From positions 1 through 43,324 of the forward strand of contig JBFFSH010000017.1 of the NCBI GenBank assembly GCA_041572575.1: a DNA stretch of 43,324 bases, written 5' to 3'. This stretch comes from Thermodesulfobacteriota bacterium. Lineage in GTDB: Bacteria; Desulfobacterota_D; UBA1144; Nemesobacterales; N074bin48. Under the pieces are notes generated by a model, which saw only the letters and a list, made by a program, of their open reading frames with translations, was not told the origin of the DNA and made no database searches. A program made the position numbers and the translations under genes. Positions 1 to 9,076 of this stretch are shown here, piece after piece. The first letter of the stretch is position 1. Each line of letters begins with the position of its first letter.

Positions 1-108
1 ATTGACAGAAAACACTTTGTTTTGTATCTAAAAGAGATGGAATTTAGATTTAATAACAGAAATGTAGATTTAGTTAATAAAATAAAGGAGATTCTGCATT
101 ACTTATAG
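1..108 (+). CDS. IS1595-family (ISXO2-like/IS1016-like) transposase, C-terminal fragment (5' truncated)
   Basis: Frame 1 reads IDRKHFVLYLKEMEFRFNNRNVDLVNKIKEILHYL*; F.LYLKExEFRFN.R is the characteristic IS1595 C-terminal motif. Not in the ORF track. Confidence 0.88.
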   Translation: MDRKHFVLYLKEMEFRFNNRNVDLVNKIKEILHYL

Positions 109-128
109 CTCTGTTCTATGCGAGCTCC
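1..128 (+). mobile_element. Right end of IS1595-family element
   Basis: Transposase stop is followed by CTCTGTTCTATGCGAGCTCC (reverse complement GGAGCTCGCATAGA..., resembling IS1016-type GG-starting IRs), then AT-rich TAAATTTA (129-136) as candidate 8-bp target duplication. Exact end inferred. Confidence 0.7.
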
Positions 129-223
129 TAAATTTATTATAAGCCGTGAAGTGTAAAAGAGAAAGTATAAATTTAAGATTATATATTAAATTTAAGTGGC
201 ACAGTATAAACCACTAAGTTGAA

Positions 224-1201
224 CTAATTGGACAGCAACCTTTTATTTGATTGAACTATTTCTAATACCTCTCGGGCACAGCCCCAGGAAAGAGTAAACC
301 CCGCCCCGCCATGGCCATAGTTGTGAATAACGGTACAGTTATCAGTAACTTTTTCTGATTCTAGTCTCACTTCTGTCCTTCCGGGCCTGAGTCCGACTTT
401 ATGTTCCAGAATATCTGCATCTCTTAACTCTGGTACGAGTGTAGCTGATTTTGATAATATGGCATCAGATATAGATTTATCCACTTCCAGATTCCAGTTG
501 TTTTCCTGTGCAGTACCACCGAGTACACAATCATCACTTCTTGGGACTATATAAGTGATAGCAAGCGGCCCATCTTCATCATTATATATTTTGTCCACGC
601 CCGGATTTGATGTTCTTACAAGCTGGCCGCGTATAGGAAACATCTCACTGTCACTGCACAGTTTATATGAACCGAGACCCGTGCAGTTAACAATAATCCT
701 GTTGTCATTATATAAATGCTCTAGGCTCGTTAACTCTTCAATTTGAGTTACCAAACCTCCCAACTCTATAAACCTGTTGTACATATATTTTAAATAAATG
801 GGCGCTTCAACCTGAGGCACTTCGACAGTGAAACCATAATTATATCCACCAGGCAGTTCGGATTTCTGTACTTCATTAAAACTTTTTACAATCTTTGTCC
901 AGTAAGGTCTGGGTACTTTCTTCTCAAATAATTTGAAAAGCTTTTTAAAAGTAACCCCGGTATTTTTATCGTTGCTAAGTGTTGCATATTCTCTGTATGA
1001 AATCTCTCCCCATTTTAGCACCTTCTCTTCAGGATAGACTTTATACGGGTACCAATATGCCGGCGCCACGCTCGAAGTAGTATCTGCGGGTAACTTTGAT
1101 GCAATGATTTCAACATCAAAGCCACTGTCAAGCAGTTTCACTCCGCATGTAAGACCTGAAACACCGCAGCCAATGATTAAGATTTTGTTTGTATCTATCA
1201 T
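224..1201 (-). CDS. dao: D-amino-acid oxidase family FAD-dependent oxidoreductase
   Basis: N-terminal IIGCGVSG Rossmann motif, PIRGQ, GLRPGR and VIHNYGHGGAGFTLSWGCA matching the DAO signature. Confidence 0.85.
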   Translation of the reverse strand: MIDTNKILIIGCGVSGLTCGVKLLDSGFDVEIIASKLPADTTSSVAPAYWYPYKVYPEEKVLKWGEISYREYATLSNDKNTGVTFKKLFKLFEKKVPRPYWTKIVKSFNEVQKSELPGGYNYGFTVEVPQVEAPIYLKYMYNRFIELGGLVTQIEELTSLEHLYNDNRIIVNCTGLGSYKLCSDSEMFPIRGQLVRTSNPGVDKIYNDEDGPLAITYIVPRSDDCVLGGTAQENNWNLEVDKSISDAILSKSATLVPELRDADILEHKVGLRPGRTEVRLESEKVTDNCTVIHNYGHGGAGFTLSWGCAREVLEIVQSNKRLLSN

Positions 1202-1225
1202 ATTAAGTTATTATATTAACGAAAA

Positions 1226-1699
1226 ATGCCCATAGAAATAGAAAGAAAGTTTTTAATTGATGAATCTATTGTAGCTGACCTTAAAGAGGGAGAGGTTATT
1301 AAGCAGGGTTATTTTCCTACAACGAATAACACTGCTATTAGGGTGCGTATTAAGGGCGGAAAAGGTTATATAACAATAAAGGGTTCTCGGAGCGGTATCA
1401 CCCGAACTGAGTATGAATATGAAATTCCGTATAATGAAGCGGAGGAAATTATTGATACTCTTTGCAATAATATGGTCATTGATAAGACCAGATACAAGAT
1501 TGAACATTTTGACCACACTTGGGAAATTGATGTATTCGAAGGAGGTAATAAAGGACTTATTGTGGCCGAGGTTGAAATGAGTGACGAGAATGAAAAAGTT
1601 GTTTTACCTTCATGGATAAAAGATGAAGTGACAAATGATATCAGGTATAGTAATTCTAATTTAGTCAAGTATCCTTATAACTGCTGGGAAAAGAAGTAA
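1226..1699 (+). CDS. CYTH domain protein (triphosphate tunnel metalloenzyme)
   Basis: EIERKF motif, RVRI, EYEYEIP, KTRY, WEIDVF, AEVE. Confidence 0.92.
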   Translation: MPIEIERKFLIDESIVADLKEGEVIKQGYFPTTNNTAIRVRIKGGKGYITIKGSRSGITRTEYEYEIPYNEAEEIIDTLCNNMVIDKTRYKIEHFDHTWEIDVFEGGNKGLIVAEVEMSDENEKVVLPSWIKDEVTNDIRYSNSNLVKYPYNCWEKK

Positions 1700-1795
1700 T
1701 ACTGATTTGAATATTATAGAGCGAAAAACTATCGAACAATTCTTTTTGGTTAATCCTTTAATTCAACCCCCGACATTTTTTATTGCAGGATATAT

Positions 1796-3385
1796 ATGAG
1801 TGAACTAGAAAAATTTGAAAATCTTGGTGTATCGCAGGAGATGCTTGCGGCACTGAGAAAGAAGGGCTTTGAAGAGCCTACACCTATTCAGGTAAAAATA
1901 ATTCCAATTCTATTGAGCGCCAACAAGGACCTTGTGGGCCAGGCGCAGACCGGCACCGGCAAAACCGCGGCATTTGGTATTCCGATACTTGAAAATATTG
2001 AAGAGAATACAAAGTATGTCCAGGTGATCATTCTTACTCCAACAAGAGAACTTGCCATTCAGGTTTCTGAAGAAATAAATTCTCTTAAGGGCAGAAAGAA
2101 GATTCAGGTGATCCCTATTTACGGCGGACAGTCTATGGAGCTTCAGCTCAAAAGACTGAAAAAAGGCGTGGAAGTGGTAGTGGGTACTCCTGGTAGGGTG
2201 CTCGACCATATAAAACGCGGTACTCTAAAGCTTGAAAATGTTTCATATGCGGTACTAGACGAAGCTGACGAGATGCTTAACATGGGATTTATTGACGATG
2301 TTGAGGAAATTCTCGCAGCAACCAATAAAGAAAGGACAACCCTGCTTTTTTCTGCAACGATGCCAAGAGAGATAATGGCCGTTGCAAAAAGGCACATGAA
2401 GGGCTATGAACTAATTAAAACCGAAACAGAAAAAATCACGGTGGATCTCACCGATCAGATATATTTTGAAGTACCCGGAAGAGATAAATTTGAAGCACTT
2501 TGCAGAATAATTGACTTTGAAAAGGAATTTTATGGCCTTATTTTTTGTAGAACAAAGATTGATGTGGATACGGTTGCAAACCACCTTAAAGACAGGGGCT
2601 ATGATACCGAAGGTCTACATGGAGATATTTCACAGCACAGAAGAGAAAAGATATTAACAAGTTTTAAAGATAAAAGAATTAATATTCTTATTGCCACCGA
2701 TGTTGCAGCAAGGGGCATAGATATTGATAATCTTTCTCATGTAATAAATTATTCAATCCCCCAGGACCCGGAGTCATATGTGCATAGAATTGGACGTACG
2801 GGGCGTGCAGGAAAATCTGGAACAGCCATCACATTTATAACCCCCGAAGAATATAGAAAATTAATGCATATTAAAAAGGCAGCCAAAACCGATATCCGCA
2901 GGGAAAGACTACCTAAAGTCGATGATATTATAGAGGTAAAAAAAGACAGGATTAAAGACAGGATAAATGATATCTATAATGCTAATATACAGCAGGAATT
3001 TTCCGATCTTGCGCGTGAAATGATAGGCGAAACAAACCCGGAACAACTTATTGCTTCGCTATTGCAGACCACTTTTAGTGATGACCTCAACCCCCAGAGA
3101 TATAATGAGGTAAGAGATGTTTATCCCAAGATACAGGGTAAAACAAGACTTTTTATTGCAAGGGGTCAAAAGGACGACATGAATAAAAGGAAGCTGGTAA
3201 GCTTTATAAAAAACAAAGCAAACGTGGAAGACAGAAGCATTGATGATGTGCAGGTCTTTGAAAAGTTTTCCTTTATTACTGTTCCTTTAAAAGAAGCTGA
3301 GCATATCATTGAGTGTTTCAAAAAGGACAATATCGGCAGGCGCCCGCTTGTGGAAATGGCTACTAAATCCAAAAAGAATAAATAG
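1796..3385 (+). CDS. deaD: DEAD-box RNA helicase (DeaD/CshA type) with C-terminal DbpA-like RNA-binding domain
   Basis: Q motif, AQTGTGKT, PTRELA, DEADEM, SAT, ARGID, HRIGRTGRAG. Confidence 0.93.
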   Translation: MSELEKFENLGVSQEMLAALRKKGFEEPTPIQVKIIPILLSANKDLVGQAQTGTGKTAAFGIPILENIEENTKYVQVIILTPTRELAIQVSEEINSLKGRKKIQVIPIYGGQSMELQLKRLKKGVEVVVGTPGRVLDHIKRGTLKLENVSYAVLDEADEMLNMGFIDDVEEILAATNKERTTLLFSATMPREIMAVAKRHMKGYELIKTETEKITVDLTDQIYFEVPGRDKFEALCRIIDFEKEFYGLIFCRTKIDVDTVANHLKDRGYDTEGLHGDISQHRREKILTSFKDKRINILIATDVAARGIDIDNLSHVINYSIPQDPESYVHRIGRTGRAGKSGTAITFITPEEYRKLMHIKKAAKTDIRRERLPKVDDIIEVKKDRIKDRINDIYNANIQQEFSDLAREMIGETNPEQLIASLLQTTFSDDLNPQRYNEVRDVYPKIQGKTRLFIARGQKDDMNKRKLVSFIKNKANVEDRSIDDVQVFEKFSFITVPLKEAEHIIECFKKDNIGRRPLVEMATKSKKNK

Positions 3386-3386
3386 A

Positions 3387-4292
3387 TTAATTGTTATAAA
3401 GTGCCAGGTATGAAAGCACTTCCCTTGGCGGGTTTCCTATTTGTGAGTGTGGATAGGTTTTTTGTGGGGAAATAAAATCGACCAGATAATTTTTTCTTAG
3501 AAGTTCCATCAAGGTAGATGCAATTTGTACTATCTGTCTTTCAAGCTCCCCTTCGTTTTTGGTTGGATTAAACTGCAGTGTTACAGATTCTGATTCTTCA
3601 TCCTGCATCTCTTTTAACATAAGCTTGTTTTTCTTGGCAGATACTTTCCAGTGAATAAATTTGGGGTTATCTCCCTGAGAAAAATCTTTTATTGACCTGA
3701 GGTCGGCCCCAAAGCCTTTTTTATCTATTTCATTCTCTCCCTTCTTCTCCTGTATGAAACTGTCTGATATATCAATCTTTTCAATCTTTGGATATACTAG
3801 GACTTCCTTTTTCCCAAGGTCAATTCTTATCCATTTTTTAAAAAATCCAAAAGGGAAACTTGTAGAGATAGTAGCATCGGGGATTGTGTTCCAGCCCCTT
3901 TTACTGAAAACATATAAAAGGTTAGTTTTTAGTTTAGCATCTCTTTTTAAGTACGGAACAAAGGCTTTTCTGCCATTTAGGTCAATTGTTAATGAATAAG
4001 AGGGGATAAGCGGTTTGTTATTTCTAAGACTGAAAACAAGGTTAGTAGAACTTAGAGCATAAACATCCCTTGGAATTTTGAAATCAACATCTATCCTCGC
4101 AAGGTTAAACATAGATATGATGCCAGAAACTATCACAAAACTTAACATGACTCCAAAGGTAAGGTACAGAAGGTTATTGCCCGTATTAATAGCGGCAAAT
4201 CCCACAAAGAGAGTGAGTGCAATATATAAAATCCCAAGCTTTGTGGGAGAAGTTCTTGCCCAGTTGTCTTTTCCTAATTTAAGAAGACTCAT
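3387..4292 (-). CDS. DUF58 domain membrane protein
   Basis: AAINTGNNLLYL N-terminal TM pair, FPFGFF, LVYP, GDNPKFIHWKVSAK. Confidence 0.88.
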   Translation of the reverse strand: MSLLKLGKDNWARTSPTKLGILYIALTLFVGFAAINTGNNLLYLTFGVMLSFVIVSGIISMFNLARIDVDFKIPRDVYALSSTNLVFSLRNNKPLIPSYSLTIDLNGRKAFVPYLKRDAKLKTNLLYVFSKRGWNTIPDATISTSFPFGFFKKWIRIDLGKKEVLVYPKIEKIDISDSFIQEKKGENEIDKKGFGADLRSIKDFSQGDNPKFIHWKVSAKKNKLMLKEMQDEESESVTLQFNPTKNEGELERQIVQIASTLMELLRKNYLVDFISPQKTYPHSQIGNPPREVLSYLALYNN

Positions 4293-4312
4293 TTAGCAAG
4301 TATACAATATAA

Positions 4313-5908
4313 CTATTTTATATATTCGGCTGCCTTTTTAAACGGCTTTATAATGTCGTTTTTTAGCCTGCTTACATCATTAAAAACTGCCAGAAACATC
4401 AGTAGTATTAAAAAAGTAAATCCAACTTTCTGGCTGTATTCCATTGCTTTTTCGCTAAGAGGTCTCCTTCTTACAGCTTCAAGTCCTATGTAAACAACAT
4501 GCCCGCCATCTAGCATTGGAATAGGAAAAAGGTTTATTATAGCAAGGTTGATACTTATAAAAGAGGTAAATTGCAAGAGTGTAGCCCAGCCGCTCTCCGC
4601 CGCTGCCCCTGAAACCTGAGCAATCAGCAGAGGGCCTGCAATGGTTTTTCCGGCCGTACTAAGTGGTATTGCGCCAGTTATAAGTTTATATAAAAATCCA
4701 AACAATAATTCGGTAATTTCTATAATATCATGATATGCCTTTAGCATTCCCTTGGTTATAGATTTAAAAAGGCCATATTTTTGTACAGTTTGTTCCTGAA
4801 GAGGGCCTATGCCAATTTGCCCCTGATCGTTTTCTTTTAGTGCTGGAGTGATTTGAATACTAAGTTCTTTGTCATCTCTAAGAATGATAAATGTTGATTC
4901 TTTGTCACCCCTCTTCTTAATAGCAGCCGACATTTGATACCAGTCATTAATCTTGACATCATCGATTTGTATAATTTTGTCACCTTTTTGTAGACCTGCA
5001 TCTTTTGCAGGTGTTCCGGGGCCGACATTTCCTACTACGGCATCCAAAGGTTCCAGTACACCTATTGATACTACTCCCTGGTTTCCGGCTATGGCTTTTA
5101 CCGACAGCTCTTTTTCGGTTCCGGCCCTATCCACTGTAACACTAAGTAGGGAGTCAGGGTTGATCTGGAAAGCTATAGTAGCTTCTTTCCATGTGTTTAC
5201 AGGTTTATTGTTTATCTTTAAGATTCTATCTCCGATCTCAAAGCCTGCTTTTTGAGCTTCTGACTCAGGCTGGATATATCCTACTTCGGGAACCTTATCC
5301 AGATAAGCCGGTTGTTCTATGCCCAGTAAAAATACCATCGGGAAAAAAACAAATGGCACAAGAAAGTTCATTGCCGGACCAGCTATTACTATAAGAAATC
5401 TGTTTAGAAGAGGCTGGTTGGAAAAACCCCTTGAATACTCTTTTTCTGAAAAAGCGTTCATGCCGTCAATATCTTCAAGGCTTCCGTTAAGCCTTATCCT
5501 GTCATCATCTCTTTCAACCAAATATTCATGCTCTGTCTTATCGGATGTCTTGAGCCTGTGAAGTAAACTCTTCCAAGTAGAAAACTCTTTTAGCTCATTT
5601 CCGTCAATCTTCATTATCTTATCACCGGAAATAAGCCCGAGTTTCTCTGCCTTGGAGCCTTCCTTTATGTCTTCTACAATTATGCATCCCTCTCCGGTCT
5701 CACCATACATCTTTACAAACCCGCCAAGAGGGAGCATTGAGACCTGGTATTCGGTCTCCCCTCTGCGAAAGCCAAATAGCTTCTTGCCAAATCCGAGTGA
5801 AAATTTTTCAACCCTAACACCACTCCATTTTGCTACCAGAAAATGTCCAAGCTCATGTATGAATACAAGTACTCCAATAACAAATAAAAATCCTAAAACT
5901 GTGCTCAT
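4313..5908 (-). CDS. rseP: RIP metalloprotease RseP (M50) with three PDZ-like domains
   Basis: HELGH, FSLGFG, AGPAMN, NLFPIPMLDGG; lies downstream of dxr. Confidence 0.93.
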   Translation of the reverse strand: MSTVLGFLFVIGVLVFIHELGHFLVAKWSGVRVEKFSLGFGKKLFGFRRGETEYQVSMLPLGGFVKMYGETGEGCIIVEDIKEGSKAEKLGLISGDKIMKIDGNELKEFSTWKSLLHRLKTSDKTEHEYLVERDDDRIRLNGSLEDIDGMNAFSEKEYSRGFSNQPLLNRFLIVIAGPAMNFLVPFVFFPMVFLLGIEQPAYLDKVPEVGYIQPESEAQKAGFEIGDRILKINNKPVNTWKEATIAFQINPDSLLSVTVDRAGTEKELSVKAIAGNQGVVSIGVLEPLDAVVGNVGPGTPAKDAGLQKGDKIIQIDDVKINDWYQMSAAIKKRGDKESTFIILRDDKELSIQITPALKENDQGQIGIGPLQEQTVQKYGLFKSITKGMLKAYHDIIEITELLFGFLYKLITGAIPLSTAGKTIAGPLLIAQVSGAAAESGWATLLQFTSFISINLAIINLFPIPMLDGGHVVYIGLEAVRRRPLSEKAMEYSQKVGFTFLILLMFLAVFNDVSRLKNDIIKPFKKAAEYIK

Positions 5909-5917
5909 ATTTTTCTC

Positions 5918-7069
5918 CTAATTACTTAAAATCTCACGGGTCTTATTTCTTGCCCATTTGTCTGACTCCATTATTGCCTCGTAGTTATAATCCTGGGAAT
6001 TATTATGAAGATCCATTACATCTTTTATAGTCTTTAGTATCTGAGTAAATTGTATATTTCCCTCTAAAAACTCCATTACGGCAATTTCATTTGCCGCATT
6101 CATCACCGCCGGTAGTGTACCACCTTCTTTAAGGGCATGGAATGCATAATTAATAGACGGGAATTTGGTTGTGTCAACCTCTTCAAACTGCAGGTTGGAA
6201 AATTCGCCTGGCTGTACGCTGTTAATATTGAGGTTAAGTCTCTCCGGATAGTTGAGTGAATAGGATATTGGAATTTTCATATCAGGCAGGCCCATTTGTG
6301 ACATTACAGAGCCGTCAACAAACTCTACCATAGAGTGTATTATGCTCTGAGGATGCACCCATACATCAATCATCTCATTACTTAAATCAAAGAGCCATTT
6401 TGCTTCAATTATTTCAAAACATTTATTCATAAGTGTAGCAGAATCAATTGTGATTTTGTTGCCCATTTTCCAGGTTGGATGATTTAGTGCCTGTGATACG
6501 GATATGTCTTTCATTTCATTTACGGGAGTGTTTAGAAAAGGGCCTCCTGATGCTGTAAGAATTATTCTTTTTACATAAGTTTTGTCTGAGGTTTTTATGG
6601 CCTGGTAAACAGCACTGTGTTCACTGTCCACCGGTATTATCTTTATATTATTCTTCTTAGCTTCATCAGTAATGAGCTGTCCAGCCATCACAAGCGTCTC
6701 TTTATTAGCAAGGGCAATGTCCTTTCCTTGTTTAATTGCTGCTAAAGTTGGCTTAAGTCCCGAGGCGCCAACCATTGAAGAAACAACCAGATCGGCTTCA
6801 GGGTGTGAGGCAACCTGCTCTGCTCCTTTCTCTGCATATACAATATGCGTTTTTATATTCTTGAGTTTTGACTCAAGCGCCGCGGCATTAGCTTCTGATT
6901 TAATAGAAACAATCTTTGGTCTGTATTTAATTACCTGCTCAGCAAGCAGATCAAAGTTGTTTCCTCCAGCAAGTCCAACAATATTGAATTTTTGAGGAAA
7001 CCCGGAGATGACTTCCAGTGTCTGAGTGCCTATTGATCCAGTAGATCCCAGGATTGAGATGTTTTTCAA
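5918..7069 (-). CDS. dxr: 1-deoxy-D-xylulose-5-phosphate reductoisomerase
   Basis: LGSTGSIG, LANKE, PVDSEH, TASGGPF, MGNKITIDSATLMNK; TTG start overlaps the uppS stop. Confidence 0.97.
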   Translation of the reverse strand: MKNISILGSTGSIGTQTLEVISGFPQKFNIVGLAGGNNFDLLAEQVIKYRPKIVSIKSEANAAALESKLKNIKTHIVYAEKGAEQVASHPEADLVVSSMVGASGLKPTLAAIKQGKDIALANKETLVMAGQLITDEAKKNNIKIIPVDSEHSAVYQAIKTSDKTYVKRIILTASGGPFLNTPVNEMKDISVSQALNHPTWKMGNKITIDSATLMNKCFEIIEAKWLFDLSNEMIDVWVHPQSIIHSMVEFVDGSVMSQMGLPDMKIPISYSLNYPERLNLNINSVQPGEFSNLQFEEVDTTKFPSINYAFHALKEGGTLPAVMNAANEIAVMEFLEGNIQFTQILKTIKDVMDLHNNSQDYNYEAIMESDKWARNKTREILSN

Positions 7070-7803
7070 ATAACTTCCCTTGTTTTAAGTTGTTCTGCAG
7101 TAAGACCAAACCTTCTCTCTCTGTTTTGATAGTTAGAGATAGCTTTAACTAAATGTCTTTTACGAAAATCTGGCCAGAGGGTTTTAGTGAAATAAATTTC
7201 TGTATAAGCAAGCTGCCAGAGAAGGAGGTTAGAGATTCTGTGCTCTCCGCTGGTCCTTATTAACAGGTCAGGATCAGGCATATCGGATGTGTAAAGATAA
7301 TTAGAAAAGCAATCTTCATTTATATCTTTTGAGCTCAGGTTGGGTTTATCACATATTTTTTTAACCGCATCAATTATTTCTTCTCTTCCACCGTAGCTGA
7401 GAGCAAGAGTAAGGGTCATAGCGCAGCAGTCTTTTGTTAGCTCCATTGCCTGATTTAAAACATTGCGGGCATCTTCAGGAAGTGAATTTAATCTTCCTAT
7501 CGCATTTAGTCTTATATCCTTTTCTAAAAGAGCCTGTCCCTGTTCTAACAGATAAAAAGTAAGAAGTTCCATAAGCGCATTTACTTCAGGTCTTGGCCTG
7601 TTCCAGTTTTGAGCGGAGAATGCATAGAGCGTAAGATATTTAATCCCAATTTTTCTCGATTCCTGGATAACTGATTTTACAGACTTCATACCCTCTCTGT
7701 GACCGCTTATTCTATCCAGATTATTTTTTTGTGCCCACCTTCCATTTCCGTCCATAATTATTACAACGTGATTGGGAAGGTTGCTTGTATCTATTTTGTT
7801 TAT
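7066..7803 (-). CDS. uppS: Undecaprenyl diphosphate synthase; probable ATA start at 7803
   Basis: IIMDGNGRWA, YAFS.QNW.RP, IRTSGE.RISN. Frame extends upstream of 7755 as INKIDTSNLPNHVVII, with AAGGAG 6 nt before ATA. Confidence 0.93.
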   Translation of the reverse strand: MNKIDTSNLPNHVVIIMDGNGRWAQKNNLDRISGHREGMKSVKSVIQESRKIGIKYLTLYAFSAQNWNRPRPEVNALMELLTFYLLEQGQALLEKDIRLNAIGRLNSLPEDARNVLNQAMELTKDCCAMTLTLALSYGGREEIIDAVKKICDKPNLSSKDINEDCFSNYLYTSDMPDPDLLIRTSGEHRISNLLLWQLAYTEIYFTKTLWPDFRKRHLVKAISNYQNRERRFGLTAEQLKTREVI

Positions 7804-7846
7804 ATCAAACTCCTTGGAAATTTAAGCTAATTATTAGGTCTCAATA

Positions 7847-8116
7847 TTAAGAATTCTTAACCAAATGAGGTTTGTAGACAATAGATATTGGTAATACTAC
7901 AAATATAATGGTTAGAACTATGAGTAAAAGTGTGAAAAATGTTAGTATATATACAAAAGTAAAAACAGGAATCACAAGTATTTTGAGCAGTAGGCTTATC
8001 TTGGAAAACTTTTCAAAGAATTCCATATACGAACCAAAATATCTGGTGCTAAGTTCTTTTATGAGTCCGATCATAACTAGAATGGGTAAGTTAGCTGATT
8101 TTATTACCCTGTTCAA
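7847..8116 (-). CDS. Hypothetical small hydrophobic/membrane protein (start uncertain)
   Basis: Fills the gap upstream of uppS and has a long hydrophobic C-terminal half; no family recognised. Confidence 0.45.
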   Translation of the reverse strand: MNRVIKSANLPILVMIGLIKELSTRYFGSYMEFFEKFSKISLLLKILVIPVFTFVYILTFFTLLLIVLTIIFVVLPISIVYKPHLVKNS

Positions 8117-8170
8117 GCTATAATTTATTAATACCTTGTAAAGCTTCTTATATAGTGCACCGGGGTATTG

Positions 8171-8198
8171 TTGACATATCCGGATTGAGGTTTATATT
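8171..8198 (+). promoter_or_regulatory. Putative sigma70 promoter for the transketolase genes
   Basis: TTGACA(8171-8176)-16 nt-TATATT(8193-8198), about 40 nt before the ATG. Confidence 0.55.
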
Positions 8199-8239
8199 TA
8201 TCGCTCATTTTTCAAGCTAGACTTTGAATTTTTTAATAT

Positions 8240-9076
8240 ATGATGGAACTTACAACTGATATTGAAGTATTAAAGGAACATGCAAGAAAAATTCGTATTG
8301 ACCTGCTAACTGCTCTAAATAATTGTAATTCGGGTCACACGGGCGGATCGCTTTCATGCACGGATATATTGGCCACTCTTTATTTCTCTGTTATGAGATA
8401 TGATCCTAAAAACCCGGGATGGCAGGACAGAGATCGTTTTATCATGTCTAAAGGTCATGCGGCTCCTGCTCTTTATGCAACACTTGCTGAGGCTGGTTAC
8501 TTCCCAAAAGAAGAGCTTAACAAACTACGTACGCCAGGAGTTATTTTACAGGGCCATCCAGAATATGATGTATCAATTGGCATTGAAGCAAGCACGGGAT
8601 CACTTGGCCACGGGCTTTCCGCATCAAATGGGATTGCGCTTGCCGGCAAATTAGATAATAAAGACTACAGGGTCTATACGCTTCTAAGTGACGGAGAACT
8701 GCAAGAGGGTTCTACATGGGAAGCTATTACCACTTCTGGGTATAGAAAACTCGATAACTTATGCGCCATAGTAGATAGGAATAGATTTCAGAATGATGGT
8801 GCTATGGATAAGATCAAAGATATTAACCCCGTTGCTGATAAATTTATTGCTTTTGGCTGGGAAACTGAAGAGCTTAAAGACGGTCATGATATTGAAAGTC
8901 TTATAAAAGCATTTGATAGGGCTAAATCTACTAAAGGTAAACCCTATGCAATAATTGCAAATACGATTAAGGGTAAAGGGGTTTCCATTTTTGAAAATAA
9001 AGGCAACTACCACGGGGTTGCCCCATCTGATGAAGAACTAAAAATTGCTCTAAAGGAACTTGGAGAGGCCGCATGA
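8240..9076 (+). CDS. Transketolase N-terminal (TPP-binding) subunit
   Basis: GHTGGSLS, RDRFIMSKGH, LQGHP, TGSLGHG, SDGELQEG..WEA. Confidence 0.94.
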   Translation: MMELTTDIEVLKEHARKIRIDLLTALNNCNSGHTGGSLSCTDILATLYFSVMRYDPKNPGWQDRDRFIMSKGHAAPALYATLAEAGYFPKEELNKLRTPGVILQGHPEYDVSIGIEASTGSLGHGLSASNGIALAGKLDNKDYRVYTLLSDGELQEGSTWEAITTSGYRKLDNLCAIVDRNRFQNDGAMDKIKDINPVADKFIAFGWETEELKDGHDIESLIKAFDRAKSTKGKPYAIIANTIKGKGVSIFENKGNYHGVAPSDEELKIALKELGEAA

